A stretch of DNA of 62,632 nucleotides, filler included. It is 7 parts of 7 records of this genome, joined end to end, with 100 filler letters (N's around TTAATTAATTAA, not from the genome) between each part and the next. Parts side by side here need not be neighbours in the genome. Positions count along the whole stretch, not along the records: positions 36,282 to 54,044 come from SRR31156797_19221; positions 54,145 to 62,632 come from SRR31156797_19249; 5 more parts are not named here. One strand, written 5' to 3'. Within the stretch, counting starts at the first letter, position 1; the number at the start of each line of letters is the position of its first letter. Positions 49,859 to 61,367 of this stretch are shown here, one piece after another. Made by a program: the position numbers and the translations under genes. A model generated the notes under the pieces. That model did no database searches, was not told the DNA's origin, and worked only from the letters and a program-made list of their open reading frames with translations.

Positions 49859-52279
49859 TTATTGTTTCTTCAACGTGATACTTATCGACTTGTCATCATT
49901 AATGTTGAAAACTCCATTGGCTTTGTAGGTTTCTCCATTTACTTCTACTTCTGCGGTGTATGGTAAATCTCCCTTGGGAAGTATAATGCTGTTGAAGTAT
50001 TCGGGTTGAGTGATATATGTGTTGTTGTTGATGTTTATGTACACATAAGGTAGGTTATCTTTTTCTTTGTCTGCTTTATCAATGATAGGTCTAAATTTGA
50101 TGATATACCGTAAACCATCAGCAACGAAATTGTGTGAAACTAATTCCCGATCACTAATTTTATCTCCTGAATTAAAAGTTTTTGACTGATCTTTTTTTGA
50201 TGATAAGATGTGACTTGTTCTCCATTGTGTAAATTTGCCATTTGCCGGTGGTAGTGTAATTGATTCTGTCTTTGTATATTTCCCAAACTTCATTGCATAT
50301 GAATAAAAGGCCTCCAAATTGGCTGGTAAATTGATGGTGTTAACCTGATCGGCCATAGATGCTCCATAGAACTCACCAATAGCTTTGAATCCTATTTCTT
50401 CTATTGTATCTGGCAAGAAGTCCAATAAGCTGGTATTTCCGGCATAAGAGATTAGCCTTGTTTTATCAATACTTCCATCAGCATGTTTAGCATATATCAA
50501 TCCATTTGAGGGTTCTCCATTTAATACTTTTACCTGATTATTATTGAAGGCTTCAGATCCAATTACTATTACACTTTCCGGAATAGTTAAATCTGTGATT
50601 TTGTTGCTCAGAAAGGCTTCTGGTCCAATTTGTTCCACAGATGAAGGGATAACCAGTTTTGTTATTTGATTGATTGAAAAGGCTGCTTTACGTATATACT
50701 TAACGCTAGTTGGGATTTCGATTTGCTCAATGGCATTGTTTGAAAAAGCCGCTCTTTCAATTATTCGGAGTTCTTGTGGGAGGCTGACTTTTTGTAGTAA
50801 ATTTTGTGCAAATGCACCTCGCGCAACTTCTTTTACGCTATTGGGAATGGTAACGTTAATAAGGTTGTTTCCTGCAAATGCAAATGCTTCAATTTTAGTA
50901 ATCCCTTCATGTAGGTTGATTGATTCTATCCCGCAATGGTAAAAGGCTCCGTAACCTATAATCTTAATTGATTTTGGAAGGTTGCTAATAGTTAAGGACT
51001 TTCCTCCATAAGAATTCAGTTTGCTTAGGTCTTCCTCACCTGTTGTTGTACGGCCGTAAATAAATCCAGGAGAAAGTTGTCCATTTATTTTTGTTATGCG
51101 ATTCGATGCAAATACTGCATCTCCAAGTTTTATTTTTGCTGGTAAGTTCAATTCATAAATGAAATTCTCTGAGAAAGCTGAGTATTTTATCTCTTCTACA
51201 CTAGCAGGTATCGTTAGTTCAGTAAGGGCATTTTGATTAAATGCACTTATCCCGATCTCTTTTACACTTTCTGGTATATGTAATTCAATAATAGCATTGT
51301 CGTGAAAAGCATATTTGTCTATTGTTTCAATGGTGTTAGGGAGCTCAACTAGCATAAGTTCTCTGCGGGCAAATGCATTGGGGCCAATTTTGGTAATGGT
51401 TACACCATTGATTTTTTCAGGAATAATAATGTTTTTTTGATCTTTGTTTAAAAGAGATCGAATAGTGTTTCCTTCTAGTTTTACGTCATCTGGCTTTAGA
51501 GTGTAAGGGCCTGGTAAATTTTGTTTTAGTCCTTTTGCATCATGTACGTTGTATTTTAAATATCCTTTTCGTTTCCTTTGTGTTTCAACAGTACTGTTTA
51601 ATTCCTGAATTAGTGCTTTAAAATGTTTAGAAGCTGATGTTTTATTTGAAGTTGTGTTATCTGAAATGTTAATGTTTTCTTCTTTTTTAATACAGCGAAC
51701 GGGCATTTTAATATTGGGTGGCATCATGTTTTGCCCTACAGCATTATTTCGTTTTGAAAATGATTTATAATTATAGTTTCCCACATAACCTTCTGCTTTT
51801 GAGCTTGTCCAGTAATAACCGGCACTGCCGGTTTCAGCATAATTTGTTGCTACACCCATGCCAGATGGTGTTATATTGAAATTTTCTGAGTTGTCTCCAC
51901 CAAGTTGTCTCGTTTTGAGGACCTTACCGGCTATATTTGCTCCTCCAAATAACTCCAAAAGCGCATCCCAATCACTATCAGATGCAACTATCCATCCTTC
52001 CGGACAAGCTTGAGCTGCTTCTGTCCATGGATATAACATACCGGGTTTCATTTCAGCAGGTAATTTCCCTTTTAAGCTCAACGAACCGTTGGTTTTGAAA
52101 TTGAGATCTTGTGTCATCCAGGTTACTTTTTCAGTAGATCCTGTTTGTGTTTTAACTGTATAAGTTTTAGTAGTGTATGTTTGTCCATCGCGAATATCCG
52201 TAATGCTTCCGGTTTTATTCTGTGTAAAGCTATTTAATGCTGTAAGAGCGATTATTGCTAATGTGTAGATAGTTTTCAT
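49859..52279 (-). CDS. Secreted protein: FISUMP (Fib_succ_major) domain plus BspA-type leucine-rich repeats
   Basis: DIRDGQTY...WMTQDL...ACPEGW...YYWTSS...VRCIK, then many IP.SV..I...AF..N repeats. Confidence 0.85.
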   Translation of the reverse strand: MKTIYTLAIIALTALNSFTQNKTGSITDIRDGQTYTTKTYTVKTQTGSTEKVTWMTQDLNFKTNGSLSLKGKLPAEMKPGMLYPWTEAAQACPEGWIVASDSDWDALLELFGGANIAGKVLKTRQLGGDNSENFNITPSGMGVATNYAETGSAGYYWTSSKAEGYVGNYNYKSFSKRNNAVGQNMMPPNIKMPVRCIKKEENINISDNTTSNKTSASKHFKALIQELNSTVETQRKRKGYLKYNVHDAKGLKQNLPGPYTLKPDDVKLEGNTIRSLLNKDQKNIIIPEKINGVTITKIGPNAFARRELMLVELPNTIETIDKYAFHDNAIIELHIPESVKEIGISAFNQNALTELTIPASVEEIKYSAFSENFIYELNLPAKIKLGDAVFASNRITKINGQLSPGFIYGRTTTGEEDLSKLNSYGGKSLTISNLPKSIKIIGYGAFYHCGIESINLHEGITKIEAFAFAGNNLINVTIPNSVKEVARGAFAQNLLQKVSLPQELRIIERAAFSNNAIEQIEIPTSVKYIRKAAFSINQITKLVIPSSVEQIGPEAFLSNKITDLTIPESVIVIGSEAFNNNQVKVLNGEPSNGLIYAKHADGSIDKTRLISYAGNTSLLDFLPDTIEEIGFKAIGEFYGASMADQVNTINLPANLEAFYSYAMKFGKYTKTESITLPPANGKFTQWRTSHILSSKKDQSKTFNSGDKISDRELVSHNFVADGLRYIIKFRPIIDKADKEKDNLPYVYININNNTYITQPEYFNSIILPKGDLPYTAEVEVNGETYKANGVFNINDDKSISITLKKQ

Positions 52280-52483
52280 TGCTTTAAATATTAAGTGATT
52301 GGTAAAAATAGTTCCAATAAATTCAATTGGAAAACGAATTCTATTTTACGGTTGGGTTGAGCGAGTGAACGGATAGATATTTCTAGTATTTGGTTTTTAT
52401 GGGATAAAATAGTTGCTTTTTATGCCTTCTAACTGTATTTTTAACGTAATAATTGTTTCGTAATCAATTGGTATAATTGCTAA

Positions 52484-54044
52484 TTGTGTTATATGGGGCA
52501 GGAAATATCCAATATAGTTGAACAAAAAATGAGCTTATATTTAAAGTTTACTCTTAAGTTAAAACTCCTAATAGTAGTCTTATTTGTCAATAGCATTACT
52601 GTTTATGGTGAATCACCATATTCTCAATCACAATATCGTGATACGTTGAAAAGTGATACATCCCAAATTAAGGCATGGATCGATTTGGGAAAAAGTCATC
52701 AAAACGATGATTCAGCATTGTTTTATTACCATAAAGCGGTTGATTTAGCGGGTAATATTGGCCACAACCAATCTTTAGCTTTGGGTTTAAAATCTATAGG
52801 CAATATTTATTTCTACCAATCACAGTATGATAAAGCTGAGGAATATTGGGGGAAATCCAATAAAACATATGAAAAGATAGGCGATAAAAGCGGAATGTCT
52901 GCAACTATTGGCAATTTGGGCATAATAAGTGAGTATACAGGTGATTATCCAACGGCATTGGCTCGTTTCGAAACAGCTTTTAGGTTGTCTGAAGAGTTGG
53001 GTGATTCGGTGGGTATTGCTCGAAATTTTGGGAATATTGGGTTAGTTTACGATTATCAGGGGAATAGTGAGAAAGCGCTTGAGTATTTGTTGCAAGCTTT
53101 AACAATAAATGAACAACAAGGTCAAATTGGAAGTGCAGCAAATAACCTTAATAATATTGCTATAATTTACAAGAATGAGGCTCAGTATGATAAAGCTATT
53201 GAATACTACCATAAAGCATTGGTTAATAATAAGAAAATTGGGAAGAAGAGCAGTATTGCTACCAATTCAGTAAATATTGGAATTGTATATACGCAACTGG
53301 AGTTGTATGATTCAGCATTGCTTTATTTAAACCATGCATTGAAGGTGTCCGAAGATATTTCAAATCAAAGGATTGAAGCGAGTGCCTTGATGAATATGGG
53401 AATTGTTTATGAATACACGGAACGATTTGCAGAGGCCTTGAACTATTATAAACAAGCTATTGTATTAAATAGATCGTTGAATGACAAAAGAGGGGAGGCT
53501 ATTGGATTAATTAATATTGCATCGGTGATGAATATGCAGGAGAAATACAGGAGTAGCTTACCATATGCATTCCAGGGTTTTAAAATTACAAATGATATCA
53601 ACGACCTTGATTTGCAACGAAACTCTAGCAGGGAACTTTATCTTGCTTATCAGGGAATTAAAGATTATCAGAGTGCTTTAAAATACCAATTGATGTGGAC
53701 CACATTTCGGGATAGTATTTATAATATAGAAAAATCTAAAGCTATTGCCGATCTGCAGATAGCATACGAAACAGAAAAGAAAAACAAAGAGATTGAGACA
53801 CTCCAGAAAGACAATGAGATTCAAAAACTGCAAATTGAAGAACAACATCTTCGTTCCAAAGCGCAGCAAAGATTATTTTTAGTTATTGGATTAATCCTAT
53901 TTTCCATTGCATTGGTAATCTGGTTTTTATATCACGATTATAAGAAACGACAAACCATTAAGCAGCAAAAGCTTAGATATCAGAAAATAGTGTCAGAACA
54001 AAAACTATTGCGTTCTCAAATGAATCCTCATTTTATATATAATT
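52484..54044 (+). CDS. TPR-containing LytS-type sensor histidine kinase, 3'-truncated
   Basis: TPR array, TM helix, LRSQMNPHFIYN. Confidence 0.88.
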
Positions 54045-54144
54045 NNNNNNNNNNNNNNNNNNNNNNNNNNNNNNNNNNNNNNNNNNNNTTAATTAATTAA
54101 NNNNNNNNNNNNNNNNNNNNNNNNNNNNNNNNNNNNNNNNNNNN

Positions 54145-55621
54145 ACATGTCGGTAGTGTAACGCAAGGCTTCAAATGGCTGAGCTCCTCGGTAAGGTTTC
54201 AACGTCTCCACTTCAGCACCTTCAACAGTTAAATCAACAGCTTCAAACAACGAACCATCAAATTCTGTTTCCATGGCTTCGGTGAAATTAGGGAATTGGT
54301 TGGTTCCCAAAATGTTTTCACGACGCTGTGCAATTTTTTTATCGCGGCTGGCAGCCATTGCCTTAATTTCGGCCTGAATAAAACCGGCTTTAAAAGCGGC
54401 AATAAAACCACCTTTGTCCTGAACGCTTAGGAACAATTCCCATGCTTTCTCAACAATCGACTCGGTTAAAGTTTCAAGGTAGTACGAACCGGCAGCAGGG
54501 TCAGCAATTTTATCTAAATGCGATTCCTCTTTTAATAAAGCTTGCTGGTTACGTGCAATTCTTTCCGAGAACTCAGTTGTTTCTTCGTAAATAGCGTTAA
54601 ACGGAAGTACAGTTACCGAGTGTGCCCCACCCAACGTGGCCGACATGGCTTCGGTTTGTGTACGCAGCATATTTACATACGGATCGTAAACCGTTTTGTT
54701 GTAACGGTTAGTTTCGCTGTGTACGATCATTTTTGCTGAACATTTACACTCCGGGGCGTAAGCTTCAACAATTTTCGACCATAACAAACGACCGGCACGC
54801 AACTTGGCAATTTCCATAAAATAGTTGTTGCTGATACCCATGTTGAACTTGATCGCTTTTGCGGCATCGTCGATGCTTAAACCAGCTTCGGTAAGTTGAG
54901 TTAGGTACTCAGCTCCCTGCGCCAGCGAGAATGCTAACTCCTGAACAATTGAAGAACCACTGTTAGCAAAGAATTTCCCATGAACTGCAACAGTTCTGAA
55001 TTTCTTTACCGTTTTGGCAGCTTCAACTCCTGCTTTAAGTTTGGTAAATGCATCGGTGCCCATTTTTCCTTTAAGTACACAAGTACCAATTGGGTCGCTT
55101 GATACCGAAGCAACAACATTATCGCTGTTCCACGGCCCTGCTGCAACATAAGCAGCGAAAACCTCAGCACAATCACAATTGTCGCACGGACATACAAAAT
55201 TTACTTCTGCAGCCTCTAAACAAATGTCTTTTAACAATACTGCAATGCTTTCTTTGGTAACCGAACCACATTCGCTAAACAGAAAGCCAATAGATGTAAC
55301 ACCTTTGTTTAAAATCTCCAAAGCCTTTTTGTTGGCTTCTTCAAAATCGGTAACAAAAATGTTTTGACGGATAAACCAATCGTTGTTGGTTTTATTATTT
55401 CCTCGTACATAAGGGAATTCTCCTGGTAAAGTTTCCAGGTATTCTTTTCCAACGAGGTTTTCCTGACGGTAATACGGACGCACGTTGAATCCTTCGTAAG
55501 TCTTCCAAACCAATGCACGTTCGTAGTCTTTGCCTTTTAAATCGGCATTAATTTTTGCTTCCCACTCCTCTGTGGTGATGGGTGCAAAATCGGTGAACAG
55601 TTTTTGCTCTTTATCTGACAT
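54145..55621 (-). CDS. mutA: Methylmalonyl-CoA mutase small subunit, 3'-truncated
   Basis: W...I.ADLKG, YFMEIAKLRA.R, DPYVNMLR, RIARNQQ.LLKEESH, DPAAGSYY. Confidence 0.9.
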
Positions 55622-55650
55622 ACTATTAGTAGTTTTTGAAAATCGAACCG

Positions 55651-55658
55651 CAAAATTA
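55651..55658 (-). promoter_or_regulatory. Bacteroidota -7 promoter box for mutA
   Basis: TAATTTTG matches TAnnTTTG, about 30 nt before ATG 55621. Confidence 0.55.
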
Positions 55659-56081
55659 GGGGTTTTAACCAATTGAGCCTCAGAATCACTTTGCTTTTTG
55701 ACCAATGTTAACAAAAATCATATTTACGAATAAAGGGGATTAAGGTTAGGGTAAGATTCATTCTGGCAAACAATTTTTTAAACCCGTTCATATTAATTCT
55801 ATTTCACCTGTTTTTAAATCACAGATACAAATTCTGACCTTTTTTTATGAGTCAACTGTAATTTGACATTTTTCGCCCATCCTGTTTAACATTGTTTAAC
55901 TATTGACTTTTAACCCCTATTTATAGACTATTAAGGACTATATAAATACTTTTTGTTTATCCTTTACAACTTTTCTATAAACATTTACTTGTTTAAAGTT
56001 GTATGTATAAATGTGAAACAAAATGAAAACTAGAAAACAGTTTCAGAAACAGAATTTATTTAACCATTAAAAATCAGAATT

Positions 56082-57872
56082 ATGAAAACAAAAAATTTCT
56101 CTAAAAAAGCAATATCAGGATTCAACCTGGTGATGATGCTGTTCCTGACTATTGGAATAGTTTCTTTAACATCGTGTATCGATGACGATGACGAACCGAT
56201 GCCGGAATCAGAAATGGAAAAAACAATTGTAGACATAGCTGCTGAAGCAGGATCTTTTAGTGTACTGATACAGGCGGCACAAAAAGCCGGATTGGCACAA
56301 TTTTTAAGCTCCGAAAAAGATATAACTGTTTTCGCCCCAACCGATGCCGCATTTTCGGCATTGTTAGATGATTTAGGGTTAAGCAGTTTAGACGACATTG
56401 ATGCAGCGACTTTAGCTTCCATCTTGAGCTACCACGTAGTAAGTGGCATAGCTTATTCAAACACATTGGAATCGGGAGTGGTGCCAAGCTCAAACACCAA
56501 CTCACCAGACAATGAGCCGCTTTCTTTATTGGCAAGTGTGGGCAATGATGTAATGATCAATCAAGCCAAGGTAACAACGGCAGATGTTATGGCATCCAAT
56601 GGAATTATTCATGTAATCGACAAAGTTTTGTTACCACCTACAGTAGTTGACATAGCAACCTACTCCGATGATTTCTCCTCACTCGTTAATGCAGTAGTTA
56701 AAGCCGATTTGGCTGCTACTCTTAGCAGTGATGGCCCGTTTACCGTATTTGCACCAACTAACGATGCTTTTTCAACCTTGTTTGCAGCCCTCCAGATTTC
56801 AGGCCTTGATGAAGTTGCAATGAATGACCTTATTTCAATTTTAACATATCATGTTGTTGGCGATAATGTTTTGTCTTCGGAATTGGCAGAAGGTATGATT
56901 GAAACTGTTTTGGGAGAAAAAATTGAAGTTACAATTGACGGTGCAGTGTTGCTAAATGAAAGCATAAAAGTTACTGCTACAGATATTCAGGGAACAAATG
57001 GAGTGGTACATGTTATCGATGCCGTTTTGGTACCACCAGCACAAGAGTCGAATACCATAGCTGATATTGCCGTGGCAAATTCGGAGTTTTCAATTCTGGT
57101 TGAGGCGCTAATGAAAGCAGATATGGTTGGAGCAGTTGCGGATAGTGAGGCAGAATTAACAGTTTTTGCACCAACCAACGATGCTTTTATGGCGCTTCTT
57201 TCAGACCTGGGTGCCAACTCTTTGGATGACATCCCGGTTGAAACACTAACAGACATCCTATTGTACCATGTTGTTGGCAGCAAAGCCATGTCTGGTGATT
57301 TGAGTTCAGGGTACTACCCAACCTTGTCTACCTTCTCCGGAAACAATATCTCAATGTACATCATGGTTGACGACGGGGTGACCATCAACAAAAACACCAT
57401 GGTTACCACTGCAGACATTGAAGCCGACAACGGTATAATTCATGTGGTTGACAAAGTAATTCTACCTCCTACAGTTGTAAACATTGCTATCGACAATGAA
57501 AACTTTAGCACATTGGTTAATGCCGTTGTAAAAGCTGGCTTAGTTGAAACTTTAAGCGAAGCAGGCCCTTTTACCGTGTTTGCACCAACCAATGCAGCAT
57601 TTGACGAACTTTTTACAGCACTTGAAATCTCGGGAATTGATAACCTGACTGCAGAACAACTGATTCCAATTTTAACCTATCATGTGGTACAGGGCAACAT
57701 TCTCTCAACCGGTCTTAGCAATGGAATGGTTGGTACTTTAAATACCGGCGAATATATAACAGTAAACCTAAGCTCCGGAGTAAAAATTAATGACAGTAAC
57801 GTAGTTGCTGCTAACATTCAGGGATCAAATGGAGTTGTTCACGTAATTGATAAAGTACTGCTGCCGGAATAG
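56082..57872 (+). CDS. Lipoprotein with four fasciclin (FAS1) domains
   Basis: Lipobox LTSC; four TVFAPT...YHVV...NG..HVID repeats. Confidence 0.93.
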   Translation: MKTKNFSKKAISGFNLVMMLFLTIGIVSLTSCIDDDDEPMPESEMEKTIVDIAAEAGSFSVLIQAAQKAGLAQFLSSEKDITVFAPTDAAFSALLDDLGLSSLDDIDAATLASILSYHVVSGIAYSNTLESGVVPSSNTNSPDNEPLSLLASVGNDVMINQAKVTTADVMASNGIIHVIDKVLLPPTVVDIATYSDDFSSLVNAVVKADLAATLSSDGPFTVFAPTNDAFSTLFAALQISGLDEVAMNDLISILTYHVVGDNVLSSELAEGMIETVLGEKIEVTIDGAVLLNESIKVTATDIQGTNGVVHVIDAVLVPPAQESNTIADIAVANSEFSILVEALMKADMVGAVADSEAELTVFAPTNDAFMALLSDLGANSLDDIPVETLTDILLYHVVGSKAMSGDLSSGYYPTLSTFSGNNISMYIMVDDGVTINKNTMVTTADIEADNGIIHVVDKVILPPTVVNIAIDNENFSTLVNAVVKAGLVETLSEAGPFTVFAPTNAAFDELFTALEISGIDNLTAEQLIPILTYHVVQGNILSTGLSNGMVGTLNTGEYITVNLSSGVKINDSNVVAANIQGSNGVVHVIDKVLLPE

Positions 57873-57969
57873 AAACATATAATATGCAAGACGCAATTAA
57901 AACAGCGCCATGACAACTGCGTCTTGCTCTTACCCAAAAGAACATTTTTAACAACAATAAATAATAATC

Positions 57970-58572
57970 ATGAAAACAAAATTCAGAAAATTAGGAATGG
58001 CATTGATCCTTGCAGTAGCTGTAATTGGAGTTAATGCATCAGAAACCAGAAACATTGCAGACATTGCCTCAGAGCCAACATTAAAAGCAAAAAGCCAGAT
58101 ATCAGGCTTAATCCTTTTCAGTACAAATGAAAACAGTAGTAATGCAGGCACCGTTGTAGACATTGCTGTTGCAAACTCCGATTTCTCGATATTGGTTGAG
58201 GCGGTTAGCAAGGCCGACCTGGCTGAAGCTTTAAGTGCCAAAGGCCCTTTTACGGTATTTGCTCCAACAAACGAAGCATTTAGGGCTTTGTTTGAAGAGC
58301 TTGGAATAGATGACATAAGTGATCTGTCTGCAGAACAGTTAACTCCTATCCTCACTTACCATGTGGTACCGGGGAAAATTATGTCAGGCGATTTATCGAA
58401 CACCTTAATTTCAACTCTTAACGGAAAAGAAATTGAAATTGATCTTTCAAAGGGAGTTAAAATTAACGAAAGCAATGTAATTAAAGCTGATATCTCCGGA
58501 AGCAATGGAGTAATCCATGTTATCGACAAGGTTCTGATTCCGAAAGAGGAAAAAAATGGTTGCTCAAACTAG
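57970..58572 (+). CDS. Secreted single fasciclin-domain protein
   Basis: Signal peptide, GPFTVFAPTN, YHVV, NGVIHVIDKVL. Confidence 0.92.
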   Translation: MKTKFRKLGMALILAVAVIGVNASETRNIADIASEPTLKAKSQISGLILFSTNENSSNAGTVVDIAVANSDFSILVEAVSKADLAEALSAKGPFTVFAPTNEAFRALFEELGIDDISDLSAEQLTPILTYHVVPGKIMSGDLSNTLISTLNGKEIEIDLSKGVKINESNVIKADISGSNGVIHVIDKVLIPKEEKNGCSN

Positions 58573-58583
58573 CACAAGCTATT

Positions 58584-58622
58584 AGCAATACCCTCACTTT
58601 TTAGTTTGGGTATTGCTTTTTT
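58584..58622 (+). terminator. Intrinsic terminator after the fasciclin genes
   Basis: AGCAATACCC...GGGTATTGCT followed by TTTTT. Confidence 0.65.
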
Positions 58623-59221
58623 AGTGCATATTCTTACAACCCTTACAACACTCTCGCACAAAACATTGAGTTAACAACGAAGCCGGCGTCTCTCAAAAGA
58701 TTTATAAAAACTTCGACTTCACCACTAAATTTTAAACCAATTGAAGCTGAAACTCCCATCGCATAAATTACACAACTGGTCAGTTGCACCTGACCAGAAC
58801 CTACAAAACATAAAAATACGGACAGAACTCCTAAAATCGCTTTCACTTTTTCATTTGCTTAATCTTATGACCTGGATTTGCCCGGAGGTTTATTTTCCTT
58901 CACATGATACTGAATGCCAAAACATAAGCACAATACATCTTCTCAGGACAACTTAATTCTTACAAGTTTTAAACATTGAATGGCCTATTTAAGAAAAAAC
59001 ATTTTCTGTTTGTTAACGAATGTAAAAACATCAGACAACTATAAAAGATCTGAGAATATTCGTTTCATTTTTTATAAATTGCATTTTAACAACCTTATAA
59101 CATAAGGTAAATGTTAACTTTGTATAAGTTAATACCGATAGAGTAAAAAGAGAGTATTAAGAATGAAGTAATGACATGCGGAATTTTGAAAAAATTCGGC
59201 ATTCAAAGATGAATTGAAAAG

Positions 59222-59722
59222 ATGGAAAAGCTTACTTGGACGAAAGGAATATTTGGGTCGAAGCTTGAAATCAGGCAGGGAACTGAACAAGTCGGGAAGA
59301 TTAACTGGGACAGCATGTTAAGCTCTAAAGCCCAGGCCATAATAAATGGAAGGTTTTTCACCCTCAACCGCGAATTTTTTCTTTCAAAATTAGAGATTTA
59401 CGACGGTAATAGTCAATCCTTGTTGGGAACAGTTATGGTCAATATTTTTAATCCCCGAAGCGATGTACTTATTAACGGCAAACGTTTTGAACTGGAGATT
59501 AAAAATTTTTGGCAATCGCGATGGAGTTGGAAATATGACGGTGAAGAAATAATTACTTTTACCTCACATGAATTTATCTCAAAAGATAAAGGAACCATAG
59601 AGCTGGCAAGCTCCTGTAACGAAGAAATAGAGATTCTTATACTACTGGGGCTCTTTGTTCGCAATCAATTTATACTTTTTATGCTATTGTTGCTCGTGGC
59701 TCTATTTTTTGTTATTGTATAG
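59222..59722 (+). CDS. Hypothetical protein with a C-terminal membrane anchor
   Basis: 166-aa ORF, beta-rich, hydrophobic C-terminus. Confidence 0.65.
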   Translation: MEKLTWTKGIFGSKLEIRQGTEQVGKINWDSMLSSKAQAIINGRFFTLNREFFLSKLEIYDGNSQSLLGTVMVNIFNPRSDVLINGKRFELEIKNFWQSRWSWKYDGEEIITFTSHEFISKDKGTIELASSCNEEIEILILLGLFVRNQFILFMLLLLVALFFVIV

Positions 59723-59894
59723 TTATTGGGCACCTGGCAAAAACAGATAACGATTAGCAGCACAAGAATCAGAATTAATAACATGCATTATTATTTTCAG
59801 GTATTCAACTTTGAAAAAAGGAAACCACTAGTTTTTTGACTATTGTCCTCAAATTATGCAAATAATTATCTATCGTAAATATTAAACCTGTTTT

Positions 59895-61367
59895 TTGATC
59901 GTTGTTATCAGAAATAGATTCCAGATGCAACGATTATTATTTATTACAATTACAGGCGTTTTAACAGTTCTACTTTTTAACGCCTGTGAAAAAGAAGATT
60001 TTACACACAGTCCAAACGCAAAACTCAGCTTTAGTGTTGACACCCTAACCTTCGATACTGTCTTTACAACCGTCGGATCAACCACAAAAAGGTTTACGGT
60101 TCGTAACCCGAATAGCTCCGGGATTGAAATTGATTTGATACAGCTGGCAAATAATGATTCTCCGTTCCGCTTAAACATCAATGGTGTTGGAAGCGATACC
60201 CAAAATGTAAAAATAAAAGAAGGAGACAGTCTCTTTGTCTTTGTAGAAGCTACAATTGATCCAACCGGACAAGATAATCCGATGGTTATTCAGGATTCGA
60301 TTGTATTTACATTAAACAGAAACACTTACAGTGTTGATCTACTTGCTTTTGGACAGGATGTACATCTAATAAATGGTGAATCTATTGAGTCGCAGCAATG
60401 GACTAACGATAAACCTTATCTTATTTACAACTCCGTGTTGGTAGAAGAGAATCATACCTTAATCATAGAGCAGGGATGCCGGATTCATTTTCATAAAAAC
60501 TCAAGTATGTTTGTGGAAGGTACGCTTCGGGTGAATGGAACATATGAAGAACCTGTATTTTTTCAAGGTGATAGGCTGGAGGAAGAATATTCTGATTTAC
60601 CCGATCAGTGGGGGGCTTATTATGAAAATGAAGACGAGGGATATATTGTATATTACGGCGGAATTCATTTGTTAAAAGGAAGCTCAAATAATACGATTGA
60701 TTATGCCGTAATTCGGAATGCGATAAAGGGTATTCAGGTAGATAGTATAAATAATACTTCGGAGCCTGTTTTGCAATTAACAAATTCTGTAATTGAAAAT
60801 ATGACATTGAATTGTTTAGATGCCCGCACAACAATGATAGAAGCATCAAATTGTATTTTTACCAACAGTGGTTATGCAACAGTACGCTTAATATTGGGGG
60901 GCGATTATAAATTTACACATTGTACTATGGCAAATTATTACGGAGCTGAAACCCGCAGCGAACCTACCCTGTACCTAAATAACTTTTACAAATACGAAAA
61001 TACCATTTATGCGTTCGATTTTAATGCCCAATTCAACAATTGTATAGTTCATGGAGATTTAAATTCGGAGATAGTGTCGGGTTATGTTTCAGCAGCCGAG
61101 TTTGTTAGCAGTTTTAATAGTTGTTTATTACAGGTCAACCAGGAACAAAGTAGCTTGCCCGATGATAGTTTTGAGTCGTGTGTTTTTAATGCCGATCCCT
61201 TGTTTGTCAATAAATCTGAAAACAACCTTGCAATTGACTCTTTATCGCCAGCCAGAAACATGGCAGATATAAGCATTTCAACAATATTTCCATTAGATTT
61301 ATATGCTAATTCGAGGCTAAACGACGACCAGCCAGATGCAGGAGCAATAGAATGGCAAAGCCAATAA
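59895..61367 (+). CDS. Bacteroidota lipoprotein, probable beta-helix repeat protein
   Basis: Lipobox FNAC, FSVDTLTFDTVFTT.GS, beta-helix-like repeats, C-terminal DAGAIE. Confidence 0.7.
   Translation: MIVVIRNRFQMQRLLFITITGVLTVLLFNACEKEDFTHSPNAKLSFSVDTLTFDTVFTTVGSTTKRFTVRNPNSSGIEIDLIQLANNDSPFRLNINGVGSDTQNVKIKEGDSLFVFVEATIDPTGQDNPMVIQDSIVFTLNRNTYSVDLLAFGQDVHLINGESIESQQWTNDKPYLIYNSVLVEENHTLIIEQGCRIHFHKNSSMFVEGTLRVNGTYEEPVFFQGDRLEEEYSDLPDQWGAYYENEDEGYIVYYGGIHLLKGSSNNTIDYAVIRNAIKGIQVDSINNTSEPVLQLTNSVIENMTLNCLDARTTMIEASNCIFTNSGYATVRLILGGDYKFTHCTMANYYGAETRSEPTLYLNNFYKYENTIYAFDFNAQFNNCIVHGDLNSEIVSGYVSAAEFVSSFNSCLLQVNQEQSSLPDDSFESCVFNADPLFVNKSENNLAIDSLSPARNMADISISTIFPLDLYANSRLNDDQPDAGAIEWQSQ

Noticed and set aside
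54045-54144. ORFs extending through X runs and ending 'LIN'
   Set aside because: Artefact of the TTAATTAATTAA linker.
55622-55880. Cobalamin riboswitch upstream of mutA
   Set aside because: No B12-box or conserved core seen; the promoter box lies close to the start codon.
58643-58956. Short ORFs in the intergenic region after the fasciclin genes
   Set aside because: No motifs, overlapping on opposite strands, no support for coding.
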